Origin: an uncultured Rhodothermaceae bacterium
Lineage (GTDB): Bacteria > Bacteroidota > Rhodothermia > Rhodothermales > Bin80
Length of the DNA: 64,000 nucleotides
Direction: 5' to 3'
NCBI GenBank assembly: GCA_964503085.1
Contig: CAZCYQ010000005.1
Coordinates: forward strand, 21,576 to 85,575
In this document: one piece after another, positions 17,037-26,446 of the stretch
Numbering within the stretch: position 1 is the stretch's first letter
Layout of the letters: the number at the start of each line of letters is the position of its first letter
Translations under genes and position numbers: made by a program
The notes under the pieces: generated by a model
Told to the model about the DNA's origin: nothing
Seen by the model: only the letters and a program-made list of their open reading frames with translations
The model's database searches: none

Positions 17037-18167
17037 CTACCAGGTGATCTCCCATGCAATGACAATTGGTGTCCCCAAATTTTCGTCCACCTGACTCCCA
17101 TAAGCGCGGCCTCCGCGTACCGTCATCAAGGACGTCCCTTTCGGAATTTGTGCGGTGGCCACCATTTCACCCGCGTCATTCAGTACGAGCCATGTGCTCG
17201 TCTGCTCATTTTCAGGCCTACTCAGCCCGAGCCATATATGTCCTGCGTCATCCGTCAAAAGCCGTCGGTAGGCCGGCTGATGCTCCGGGATATTCGCCAG
17301 TAGATCCTTGCGAAGCTGTTCAAGCTGGATGCGGGCAACGCTAGATTCTCGCTGGGACGCAGAGACGGAAACAGGAGTGTGGGGAAGTGAGATCTCGTGC
17401 ACATCTTCGCCTTTCAGTGTAGTTCCGGTTAACTGAATGGCATCGCTCATACCATGGTATAGCACTTGATCTGCACTTAATAGAAAATGAGGTCTGGCAG
17501 AATAAGGCAAAAAGCGGATTGCAGGAGACGAATTTATCCGAAAAGTCACAAAGTCAGCACTTGGAAGTTCAACCAGATGGTCATCTGGGACATTGCCGTC
17601 CCAAGTTACGATTTTGGCGAAGTGGCCCGAGTCGTCCTGTCCTCGTGAACCAGGTATGTGGACGCCTGCAAACTCCATCAGATACCCTTGATTCGTAACT
17701 CCCAGAAATCTAAGAGGACGGGGAGCACGGGAGACAGGATTCCCAATTGTATTACTTGAAACAACCGACTGATCCTCTGGAGAGAATTTAGAGAGACGAT
17801 ATTTATTTGTTTCCCACGCATACAGGGTATCACCCGGTCCAATGTGCACGCTTGGTGTAAACTCAAATTCTCCGGGGCCGCTACCCTCCCGACCAATCTC
17901 GCGAATTGGCACACCGTCCGGAGAAAACATTTGAATGTTCTTGTTTCCCATAAAATCCGTGAGATACAGTTGTCCCTCAGAGTCCACAGCCATAGAAACA
18001 ACATTTCCGAAGAAAATGGAGTTACCTGCCGTCTCGTCTCCAATCCGATACGCTTCCGTGAATTCCACGACTCCTGTCTGTGCATTGACAGCTGAAGTAG
18101 CGGCCAAGATCAGTGTACAGATGCATCCTACATTCAAAATACGACCAGGCATTGAGTATGAGTTCAT
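17037..18167 (-). CDS. secreted six-bladed beta-propeller-like protein (NHL/BF3164-like)
   Basis: The track ORF 17037-18233 was trimmed to ATG 18167, giving a signal peptide (MNSYSMPGRILNVGCICTLILAATSAVNAQ). The repeat-like strands VDSEGQLYLTDFMGNKNIQMFSPDGVPIREIGREGSGPGEF are typical of this fold. Confidence 0.6.
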   Translation of the reverse strand: MNSYSMPGRILNVGCICTLILAATSAVNAQTGVVEFTEAYRIGDETAGNSIFFGNVVSMAVDSEGQLYLTDFMGNKNIQMFSPDGVPIREIGREGSGPGEFEFTPSVHIGPGDTLYAWETNKYRLSKFSPEDQSVVSSNTIGNPVSRAPRPLRFLGVTNQGYLMEFAGVHIPGSRGQDDSGHFAKIVTWDGNVPDDHLVELPSADFVTFRINSSPAIRFLPYSARPHFLLSADQVLYHGMSDAIQLTGTTLKGEDVHEISLPHTPVSVSASQRESSVARIQLEQLRKDLLANIPEHQPAYRRLLTDDAGHIWLGLSRPENEQTSTWLVLNDAGEMVATAQIPKGTSLMTVRGGRAYGSQVDENLGTPIVIAWEITW

Positions 18168-18730
18168 GTTTTTGAGTATCGTGGGCAACGACCGAAGACA
18201 GCTGTTTGTTCGCTGGGCGGAGGAGGATTGCAAACAGAATTGAGGGTTCCTCTCTCAGTATTCAGCCGCTCACCCCGAATTATATAGGCGAAAGTGATTA
18301 TTTCCGTTATTCATCCTCCATGGCCAAGTTACAGGCCCCCGCTCCATTGGAGCGATCCATTTTTCACACCCCGGGAGTACATACTGGTTGTGATACATGG
18401 GCTATTCCTATAAACGGAGGCATTCCCTTCCTTTGAATTCCGTCCTAAGATACCTCAAGTTGTTGCATGAGCAGTTGCTATTCCGGTTACTTGATTACTC
18501 ATTAGATACGTGACACATTAAACTGGACCTTTTCCAAGAATCAAAAAAAAACAGAATTATCAGACCGATACATTTTTCTAAACTGGAACAGTCCTATACG
18601 AACTGGTTTCAATCCGTCACGAGCAGTTACCTAGGCTGTGGCTGAACTAGAGAAGCCAATCAAAGCGTGCACCGAGAGCTTGTATTTGGTGACGGGAATC
18701 TGCAGTGCGGGGAATTGGCGATTCTGCTGG

Positions 18731-18919
18731 TATCTTAATCATTTCATCCAGCAGTGTAGTAAGGATGTCATTGGAGAAGAAGCAGTTCCAGGCCTGATGC
18801 GTGATACTCCTTCGGAAACATGATCGTTTGCAGTGCTTCAAAGTGGGACACGATCTACTTGTCTGCGGGCGGCCAAGTGTATTTTGTCTGTTCAATCAAG
18901 CGGTAATGCCAAGACTTAG
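18731..18919 (+). repeat. direct repeat copy B (189 bp), containing the leader and start codon of the lipoprotein gene 18906-19376
   Basis: See copy A. This copy is continuous with an intact downstream ORF. Confidence 0.85.
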
Positions 18920-19376
18920 CTGTATCCTGCTGCTTTTGTTGCTTGCCTGTGACGCCGGCGAGGATCACGACGATTTTGAAAATCAGGCGTTCTCAGAGCC
19001 TCGTGGGTACACGCAGACGAATGTAAGCGGGGAGGTACAGTCCAAAGATGACGATGACTGGCGAATTTCGCCGGCTTATTTTGGGCGTGTTGTGGTTGAT
19101 CCAGCTTTTCCCAATCCGGCTCCATCGGGAGAAACAGTTGCAATCCCCGTCCGTGTCCGTTTGACAAACTCAATTCAGGGAGGTCTGGAGGTCACGGCTT
19201 ATGATACGAATGGTATTCCGCGCAGGTTGGACAGTATCCCCAATGCCAGGGATCCCGGATCTTATGTATTACGGTTTTTGCCGCGCGCACTTGGAGTGAC
19301 CGGGCTCGTCAGGGTTTTCATTGTTGACACTCAAGGTGGCCTTGTATCGTACGGAGATATACTGATGAACGAGTGA
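18906..19376 (+). CDS. small lipoprotein, function unknown
   Basis: The track ORF was trimmed to ATG 18906, where a lipobox signal begins (MPRLSCILLLLLLACDAG). The gene ends in a TGATG junction with the next gene. Confidence 0.6.
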   Translation: MPRLSCILLLLLLACDAGEDHDDFENQAFSEPRGYTQTNVSGEVQSKDDDDWRISPAYFGRVVVDPAFPNPAPSGETVAIPVRVRLTNSIQGGLEVTAYDTNGIPRRLDSIPNARDPGSYVLRFLPRALGVTGLVRVFIVDTQGGLVSYGDILMNE

Positions 19377-20161
19377 TGAGATTTCCAGTCAATCAATCAC
19401 TCAGATGGTGTGCTGCGCTGTGGTTCGTGGGGTTAGCTGTTGCCGTGCCTGCAGGTGCGCAGTCAGAGGATCCATTGCGATTTATTCGCTGGCCGGTAGG
19501 AGACGTGCTGGCAGCACCAAGATCTATGTTCACGCTGCGGACGGGATTGACGATTGGGGTGGCCACCGGCGGTATCCTGGCCGCATCGCATTTTGATCGC
19601 AGATTCTCCCGCAGGGCTGAACGCTTAGATGATTTAACTCCTACCCGTATGCGCAAGGTATTTCACGAAATCGGCAATGTAAGTATTGTACGACCAATGG
19701 CAGCGGTTGTATTTGTAGGTGCGCTGACAAGCAGTAATATTCATTTTCAGGACGCTGCTTTTACTTCTCTGGAGTCCGTCATTTTTGCCAATTTACTGGC
19801 CAATGGTTTGAAACTCGCGATCGGACGTGCAAGGCCGAACGAAAACGCTGGTCCTAATTCGGTAAAGCCGTTCAGTGGGAGCCGCTCCTTTCCATCGGGA
19901 CACGCCACGACGGTATTTGCCTTCACAACTCCCTGGATTTTTTACTATCCGGGTCTTGCTTCGGGGGCACTATTTGCATTGGGTTTGGGTACTGCGGTAG
20001 TGCGGATGGCGGATGAATACCACTGGTTCAGTGACGTTCTCGGGGGCGCATTCCTTGGGTTTGGGGTCGGTTACCTGCTTTCACGCAGGCATCAACGGCT
20101 ATCACGCGCGCCGAGCTTGAGTTTGAGTGCGAACGGGGTTTCGCTCACTTGGCGGCTTTAG
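19376..20161 (+). CDS. PAP2 family phosphatase (membrane)
   Basis: The three PAP2 motifs are present: KLAIGRARP, PSGH and SDVLGGA. The protein has several TM helices. The start is either ATG 19376 or GTG 19373, overlapping the upstream stop codon. Confidence 0.8.
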   Translation: MRFPVNQSLRWCAALWFVGLAVAVPAGAQSEDPLRFIRWPVGDVLAAPRSMFTLRTGLTIGVATGGILAASHFDRRFSRRAERLDDLTPTRMRKVFHEIGNVSIVRPMAAVVFVGALTSSNIHFQDAAFTSLESVIFANLLANGLKLAIGRARPNENAGPNSVKPFSGSRSFPSGHATTVFAFTTPWIFYYPGLASGALFALGLGTAVVRMADEYHWFSDVLGGAFLGFGVGYLLSRRHQRLSRAPSLSLSANGVSLTWRL

Positions 20162-21089
20162 CTGCACGCCTGATTCTATCCATGAGTGCATAGGCCAAAC
20201 CCGTTTCGACCAGGCTTTGACAATAAATCGTGGTTACTCCCGATCGATCACAGTCTCTAAAAAATTCGAAGAGTTTGTAGCTGTACTCCTCCTCATGATG
20301 GGCCACGACACATTGTTTGAACTGAGCGTCGGCATGTGGTGGCGCAAGGCCAATATAACCTGATTGATCTCCTGGAATAGCTTCGTCGGGGGAGGAAATG
20401 ATACAAATGTGTGCGGAAGGGGCGTAGTGAGGATGGCGCAGACCAGGGCTTCGGGATATATCTGGAGCGTTGGTTGAGATATCTGGAGCAACGGCACTAA
20501 GCGCGTCCAAACTAATTGCACCCGGGCGGAGGAGTATTGGTGATCTTCCCGTACAGTCCACAACTGTGGACTCTAGGCCCACGATTGCTTTTGGTCCGCG
20601 CAATATACAGCTAACCCGACCGTCTAGATCTTCTGCGGCAGACTGCCAAGTAGTGGCACTGGGACGCCCGCTGATGTTGGCGGAAGGGGCTGCGACTGGG
20701 AGGCCGACAGCCCTCAGTAATCGTCGGGCTATTGGTAGAGAGGGCATCCGAACTGCAACGGTATCCAGCCCACCTGAGACAACTTTTGGTAATGATGGAT
20801 GGCGGGGCAGGACGAGGGTGATTGGGCCCGGAAAAAAAGCCTCCATGAATGCGTGTGCCGACGGGGTGATCTCTTTCACGACGCGTGAAAAATCAGCAAT
20901 AGCTCCAACATGAACAATCAGCGGGTTTGAGGAGGGACGCCCCTTTGCCTCATAGATAGATTCTACAGCCGTAACACTGAGAGCATTCCCTCCCAAGCCA
21001 TAGACCGTTTCGGTAGGGAAGACCGCAAGCTTGTCGTTGGATATGAATTCGGCAGCTTCAACCGGATTATCCGTGAAATATGTTTGCAT
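20145..21089 (-). CDS. tsaC: L-threonylcarbamoyladenylate synthase, Sua5/YwlC/TsaC type with C-terminal Sua5 domain
   Basis: FPTETVYGLGGNALS...KGRPSSNPLIVHV...VAVRMP...SANISGRPS are family motifs. Length is 314 aa. Its 3' end overlaps the convergent PAP2 gene by 17 nt. Confidence 0.85.
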   Translation of the reverse strand: MQTYFTDNPVEAAEFISNDKLAVFPTETVYGLGGNALSVTAVESIYEAKGRPSSNPLIVHVGAIADFSRVVKEITPSAHAFMEAFFPGPITLVLPRHPSLPKVVSGGLDTVAVRMPSLPIARRLLRAVGLPVAAPSANISGRPSATTWQSAAEDLDGRVSCILRGPKAIVGLESTVVDCTGRSPILLRPGAISLDALSAVAPDISTNAPDISRSPGLRHPHYAPSAHICIISSPDEAIPGDQSGYIGLAPPHADAQFKQCVVAHHEEEYSYKLFEFFRDCDRSGVTTIYCQSLVETGLAYALMDRIRRAAKAAK

Positions 21090-21164
21090 TACGAGGGCTT
21101 TGCGATATCATTGAGCCACACAATTGAAACCAGTATCTATGATTAAGGGTTTACGCGCCTCTGT

Positions 21165-21240
<76 letters not shown>

Positions 21241-21297
21241 AAGCTTGCGGCGCGCAGTTGGAAAATCTCCTTGAATGCCGTAGTTTTAACAAAGTCC

Positions 21298-21372
21298 GGT
21301 CCGGTAGTTCAGTTTGGTTAGAATGCTGGCCTGTCACGCCAGAGGTCGCGGGTTCGAGTCCCGTCCGGACCG
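21298..21372 (+). tRNA. tRNA-Asp (anticodon GTC)
   Basis: The acceptor stem is GGTCCGG/CCGGACC, the anticodon loop is CT-GTC-AC, and the T-arm is GCGGG-TTCGAGT-CCCGT. The discriminator is G and CCA is not encoded. Confidence 0.9.
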
Positions 21373-21380
21373 CATCGGAG

Positions 21381-21404
21381 GGGCGCCTATCTGGCGCCCT
21401 TTTT
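21381..21404 (+). terminator. rho-independent terminator after the tRNA pair
   Basis: GGGCGCC-TATCT-GGCGCCC forms a 7-bp GC stem and is followed by TTTTT. It lies between the tRNA-Asp end and the 3' end of the convergent channel gene. Confidence 0.7.
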
Positions 21405-21431
21405 ATTGCGGCTAACGACGCATGCAGACCT

Positions 21432-22250
21432 TCACTCTTTGTTACTCCAGCGCGCTACCTCCGCACGAAATTGCCTCAATTCCTCGTACAACTTATCCAC
21501 CTTCTCCTCCAGTTCATCTGAGTTGTCTGCTACGAGTGTGTCCACAAACACTGCATTCGCAATAGAAAACCCAAAAATGCCGCAGATCAGCACGATTGAA
21601 GCAAAATAGATGCGAAGGCCAAGGATATAGTGGTCTGCTACGCCACGCTCCGCAAGCAGCTCGGGGATTTCGTACCAGCCTTCAATCGTGAACACTTTCA
21701 AGAGTGAGTACATGGAAGCGAAAGGATTCCCGAAGAACTCTTTCGCTTCTGGAATTCCCCCGAACAGCAATGTAGCCATCAATGATAGGAGCAGGTTCAC
21801 GAACACCAGGATCGACAGTATCCCAACGGAAGCGCGTAGTGCCCGATATATCCCAGGCCAGAGCTTATTTGCATCGGGCACTAGCCGCATCGGTCGGATG
21901 AGGCGCAGGATACGCACTACTCTCAGAGCGGTCAGCGCTCCCATATTTTCAGCACTCAGAGAGATAAAGGGACTGACCAACGCCGGTGTGCTCAATGCAA
22001 TGATTATGAAATCAAATACATTCCAGGGATCGGCAAAGTACTTCCTGAAAGAACCATAGTGACGGACTTTAATGAATACTTCAGCTACGAAGTAGCCGAT
22101 GAATAACATGTCTACCCATTGAATCCAGACATGGAAGTGCGCATTCACGCTTGGAAAGGCATCCAGATAGAGTATGACTCCATTTAATCCGATGACTGCC
22201 AGAACAACGGGATCTCGGACTATGAAGGGGAGGGCCTTTGCCTGAGTCAT
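21432..22250 (-). CDS. voltage-gated ion channel, single-domain BacNav/CavMr-like
   Basis: 272-aa ORF with six TM segments. S4 has Arg at every third position (LRVVRILRLIRPMRL). The pore loop is SLLKVFTIEGWYEI, and there is a C-terminal coiled coil (DELEEKVDKLYEELRQFRAEV). Confidence 0.8.
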   Translation of the reverse strand: MTQAKALPFIVRDPVVLAVIGLNGVILYLDAFPSVNAHFHVWIQWVDMLFIGYFVAEVFIKVRHYGSFRKYFADPWNVFDFIIIALSTPALVSPFISLSAENMGALTALRVVRILRLIRPMRLVPDANKLWPGIYRALRASVGILSILVFVNLLLSLMATLLFGGIPEAKEFFGNPFASMYSLLKVFTIEGWYEIPELLAERGVADHYILGLRIYFASIVLICGIFGFSIANAVFVDTLVADNSDELEEKVDKLYEELRQFRAEVARWSNKE

Positions 22251-22521
22251 GATTTATGAATGTTCAAAACAGTAGCGGGTTCATGTCTGCTTGCTTGGAT
22301 TCATCTCAATTTTCTGGATGATCCCCGGTGTGATTTTGCTGATGCATACTTCTTCCGGCCGATCAGGCTTCCCGACCATTCAGACTCGTGTTGGCGAGGC
22401 TTTCTCCTCTTAATGTGTGGAATGGTTGCATCACGATATCTAAATCACTAATCTCGCTGAAGCTCGTCCAAGCATCCAGTAGGCATAAAGATAGTCAGCT
22501 GATTTGGATCAATTATACTAA

Positions 22522-23188
22522 TTAGGCAGCGGAGGTCAGCACATTGATTACACCGGTAGCTGCGTTTGCGCCGTAGAGTGCGCTGCTGGCATCTGACGTT
22601 GCCGCAATCGCGTTAATCAACGCCAGCGGCAGCAGTGATGAGTCGAGCTGTGCAGCTTATAGACCAGCAATGGAGGAGGCATCCAAGAGCATGAGGACCT
22701 GAGAGGCTGTGTTGCCCTGCTCGGAGCGTGTAGATAACCCCTTGCTGTAACCGCGGACATATAAGGTCGTACGAAACCCATGAATGTCCTAACTGTAAGG
22801 GTAATAGATGCTTTGAGTTCATGTAGATTCAGAAGTGTGTGTGCCGGGGCAGCAAGCTGCAGAGGTATCCGCGTGGCCATTACCGTGATAGGAGGTTATT
22901 GGTATATGGTTCTCGGCAGTTCTCCTGATTTGCCGTACGAACGTCTGGCAGCGTTCCCCGAAGAGCTGCAGTACAGCCTACTCCCATCCATCAGGTCAGT
23001 GACTGTATGCATTGGTTGATGTTCTTGAGCGCAATTACGCGGACCCTGATACGGCTTACAGTTGCGGGTACAATTCCATCCGGCGGGTGTTGTGACCAAC
23101 AAAAGCCTTCTAGCGAGACGTTGCAGGTGCGACCAGCATCCGTCGAGCCCAGAATCGTGTACCCGAACGACGAGGCAGATCTTGTCAG
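22522..23188 (-). pseudogene. decayed N-terminal fragment of a CarboxypepD_reg-type TonB-dependent receptor
   Basis: Minus-strand translation gives ...GYTILGSTDAGRTCNVSLEG...DGIVPATVSRIRVRV..., which is CarboxypepD_reg-like. After frame changes it gives ...LMLLDASSIAGL*AAQLDSSLLPLALINAIAATSDASSALYGANAATGVINVLTSAA*, which matches the plug motif D..SALYG..A..GVINV.T. There is an in-frame TAA at 22657-22659. No barrel sequence follows. Confidence 0.5.
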
Positions 23189-24202
23189 CTAAACGCCCAA
23201 CTCGGCCTTAACCAGGCGTGTACCTTCAACCAAGGCATGCAGCTTTGCCCGTGCGGCCCAGCGTGCGGTTTCGCTGAAACCGCAATCAGGCGCAAGTACC
23301 AACTGATCTGGGGGGACATGTTTCAGCACCTGGCGAATCCGGTCTGCCACGATCTCCGGGGTTTCAATGAAGTAATTCTTCACATCAATGACTCCGGCCG
23401 CAACCGTTCGTGAGGCTTCGGCAATTTGTTTGGTGAGTTCCAGTTCAGACATTTCCCGGTTGGCGAACTCTAGGTGGATCTCTTGTGCGGAAACGTCGAG
23501 GATATGCGGAAAGAGGGGTGCATATGTTCGATGGGCCACGGGACGTCCGACGTAGTTGCCAAAGCATAAATGGAGGCCTATTTCCGCGTCCACACCGTCA
23601 ATGCAGCCGTTGAAAAGATCAACGAATGCACGGGGCGAGTGTTTATGAACGGCGTAAGAAGGTTCATCCAATTGGATGAAGGATGCACCAGCCTGGACTA
23701 CGGCTTTCAATTCAGTATTGATGATTTCAGCGAATCTTTCAGATACGGCCATGCGATCCGGGTAGATGCCACCGGTTTGGATGCGGCCAGCAAGTGTATA
23801 CGGACCAGGGCAGGTTACCTTTAGCGGTCGTGAAGCACGAGCGCGGGCATAAAGAAACTCAGGAACCAGTCCGAGCCCATCAGGGGCAGCAAAAGGTTCC
23901 AAAGCCTCGTAACGTTCACGTTGATCGTGACCACCTGGGCCCAGCCGTCGAAGTGGTTCAAGGGCTGAGAGGCCACTTAGGCATCCGTAGAACCCAGCAG
24001 TAAAGAACCCAAACCTGCGCATTTCGCCGTCGCTCACAACGTCTAGACCGGCCTCTTCTTGGTCACTGATCGCCATGTTCACTGCATCATCTAGCGTTTC
24101 TTCAATGTCTTTGGGGCCATATTCTCCACGCTCCACAGCATTGGTCGCGGTGATAAGCCAGGGGGGTAGCGCGTAACTGCCAATCACACTTGTCTTGAGC
24201 AT
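23189..24202 (-). CDS. cobalamin-independent methionine synthase (MetE C-terminal domain)-like protein
   Basis: 337-aa ORF with N-terminus MLKTSVIGSYALPPWL. Putative Zn ligands are present (IGLHLCFGNY and LAPDCGF), as in the Meth_synt_2 family. Confidence 0.7.
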   Translation of the reverse strand: MLKTSVIGSYALPPWLITATNAVERGEYGPKDIEETLDDAVNMAISDQEEAGLDVVSDGEMRRFGFFTAGFYGCLSGLSALEPLRRLGPGGHDQRERYEALEPFAAPDGLGLVPEFLYARARASRPLKVTCPGPYTLAGRIQTGGIYPDRMAVSERFAEIINTELKAVVQAGASFIQLDEPSYAVHKHSPRAFVDLFNGCIDGVDAEIGLHLCFGNYVGRPVAHRTYAPLFPHILDVSAQEIHLEFANREMSELELTKQIAEASRTVAAGVIDVKNYFIETPEIVADRIRQVLKHVPPDQLVLAPDCGFSETARWAARAKLHALVEGTRLVKAELGV

Positions 24203-24368
24203 TTTCTTGGTAAGAGAAACAGTATAGTTTGATATCCGCGGCCAATTTAGGGCGTCTCGGCGAAATTATTGATATGGTGTGTTTGCTATAAATTGATTAA
24301 ATTGGGGTTTGTCGGTGTCGTTCTTAGTCGGTGCTGGCTGTAAAATTTTAACCAAACCTGAGTTTCAC

Positions 24369-26315
24369 ATGCGTAGAACTACTCTTTTTAGCCTGTTAAT
24401 TGCATTCGTAGCCGCCGCTCCGGGGTTCGCTCAACAGGTAGACTTCCGATGGGAGCCCAGCCAATCGGAGGGCTTTCCCGGTCTCACAAATTTAATATGG
24501 CAAATACCTTACGTTCCTGCATATGCACCAGGAATTCATTCTGGTGCTCGATCCGTTGCTGGACCTGTGGATTTAGATGGTGACGGAAAGATGGAGGTGG
24601 TGCTGTCCGACTACTCGGGCGGTGGACGGGTTCATGTCATCGAAAATGTTGGAGTGGATACGTGGGAATTGATCTATTCCGCTATGTCCCTGGAACCACC
24701 CGTTGGAACAACAAACAATGCTCGCGGCATTGCAGCGGGAGACTTGGATGGCAACGGTTTCGGAGAGGTATATATTTTTGCTGGCCATGGTCTGAGTGAG
24801 ATCACTCTGGGGATAATCGGTGCTCTCTTTCCAGGCTTTGCTCCTTCACTTTTTTCGATTGTAGCTTCAGGTGACAATATGTTCGCGCCACTTCCTGAGT
24901 TCTGGGACTTTGATGGGGATACGCCTGATCGTTTTCGGACAGAGCAAATGACCATTGCTGATGTGGATGGAGATGGAGCTAACGAATTGCTGTTTGGCAA
25001 TAATGGCGCTGCCAACACATATGACAACTGGTATGTGCTTTCAGCAACCGGTTTAGGTTCAGGATTTTCCGCATGGACCCAGGAAGCGCGCTGGAGCAGT
25101 AGGGGTTCAGAAGATTTTGATCCGGTTAACCGTGGTGGGGGAAGCTCCTATGGTATAGTTCCGGCTGACTTGGATGGGGACGGCACCATGGAAATCGTCC
25201 TAGGCTCATGGAACAACCTGAACTTCTCAAATGTGGATGTGACTGGTCCAAATGAATATGCGTCCCCAACGGGTGATCATCCGTTCGCCAGAGGGAGCTC
25301 CAGTGATCACGTATCATTTTTTGGTTGCACAGTTGTGGACATGGATATGAACGGCGACGATGAGGTTTACTGCCCCGTGCTGCAAACCGGCAGCATTGCG
25401 CTTATGAACTACGAGGCCGGTGAGGATCCTCTGCAAATTTACTATACAGCAGATGTGAACGACGATGACTACAGCAAGAATAATTTGGTGAATCCGTTGG
25501 TTGAGGCGGCAGGTGGTGGGCTTGGAATAACCAGTGGCGACATTGACATGGATGGAGTTCCAGAGCTGATTCTGACTGGATCGTCCTACACACATCAGCA
25601 GTATGCAGCTGGCAATCCTCCCCGTTGGGTGAATATCGTTGATTTCATTGGAGGGGATGTGGAAGATCCAGCTAACTACGGCGTACGTGCTGTTGATTTT
25701 CCAATGCCTGCGGAAATGGTCTTCGACACAGTCAATCGTGATAGTGCTGGGACAATGACTACTTACATGGAGAATGGTGCCCAGGGCCCTGAATTTGCGG
25801 GTAAAATGGTTTACCTCGGGGACGTAGATGGTGACGGTCATAACGAAGTCGCAATGTCTTTCCAAGGCGTGGATGACAGTGTCTATGTGTACAATGAGGT
25901 GTTCAACCCAGCCGATTCCACCTACACCAGAACGGTTGCCGAAGCTAAAGCGCATCCTTATCGGGCGTTCATGCGCGTTCTCTCGGGAGACGGGATATCA
26001 ACACGTATATCACATGACAGGATCATTATTCCTTCGGATTTCGAGTTGCATGGCAACTATCCGAACCCGTTCAATCCATCGACAACATTCTCCTTCACGC
26101 TTCCGTTGGATAAGCGTGTCAGCGTGAGAGTGTATGACATGACCGGGCGACTGGTCAGAACCTTGGTCAATGACGAGTATTACGCCGAGGGTACACATTC
26201 AGTAGTCTGGAATGGGCTCAACGACAGCGGACATGCAGTTGCAAGTGGACAGTACATCTACACGCTGGAGTGGGGACAATTTCGACATACGCGCCGCATG
26301 GTGCTTGTGAAATAG
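24369..26315 (+). CDS. FG-GAP/VCBS repeat protein with a T9SS C-terminal sorting domain
   Basis: The ORF was trimmed to ATG 24369, where a signal peptide begins (MRRTTLFSLLIAFVAAAPGFAQ). Seven DxDxDG Ca-binding FG-GAP cores are present: DLDGDGKME, GDLDGNGFGE, ADVDGDGANE, ADLDGDGTME, VDMDMNGDDE, GDIDMDGVPE and GDVDGDGHNE. The tail is LHGNYPNPFNPSTTFSFTLP. Confidence 0.8.
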   Translation: MRRTTLFSLLIAFVAAAPGFAQQVDFRWEPSQSEGFPGLTNLIWQIPYVPAYAPGIHSGARSVAGPVDLDGDGKMEVVLSDYSGGGRVHVIENVGVDTWELIYSAMSLEPPVGTTNNARGIAAGDLDGNGFGEVYIFAGHGLSEITLGIIGALFPGFAPSLFSIVASGDNMFAPLPEFWDFDGDTPDRFRTEQMTIADVDGDGANELLFGNNGAANTYDNWYVLSATGLGSGFSAWTQEARWSSRGSEDFDPVNRGGGSSYGIVPADLDGDGTMEIVLGSWNNLNFSNVDVTGPNEYASPTGDHPFARGSSSDHVSFFGCTVVDMDMNGDDEVYCPVLQTGSIALMNYEAGEDPLQIYYTADVNDDDYSKNNLVNPLVEAAGGGLGITSGDIDMDGVPELILTGSSYTHQQYAAGNPPRWVNIVDFIGGDVEDPANYGVRAVDFPMPAEMVFDTVNRDSAGTMTTYMENGAQGPEFAGKMVYLGDVDGDGHNEVAMSFQGVDDSVYVYNEVFNPADSTYTRTVAEAKAHPYRAFMRVLSGDGISTRISHDRIIIPSDFELHGNYPNPFNPSTTFSFTLPLDKRVSVRVYDMTGRLVRTLVNDEYYAEGTHSVVWNGLNDSGHAVASGQYIYTLEWGQFRHTRRMVLVK

Positions 26316-26332
26316 TGAAAGAATTCTCCGAG

Positions 26333-26364
26333 GATCGGAAGAGGTGTTCTCGCCTCTTCCGATC
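26333..26364 (+). terminator. strong stem-loop downstream of the FG-GAP gene (putative terminator, no U-tract)
   Basis: GATCGGAAGAGG-TGTTCTCG-CCTCTTCCGATC forms a perfect 12-bp stem that begins 18 nt after the stop codon. Confidence 0.5.
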
Positions 26365-26446
26365 TCATCCGGGAGGAACTGGAGGCGTTTTGCCGACAGG
26401 CCTATACGCCCATACGTTCGTGTACTAAGAAGAATTTTCAGCCACA

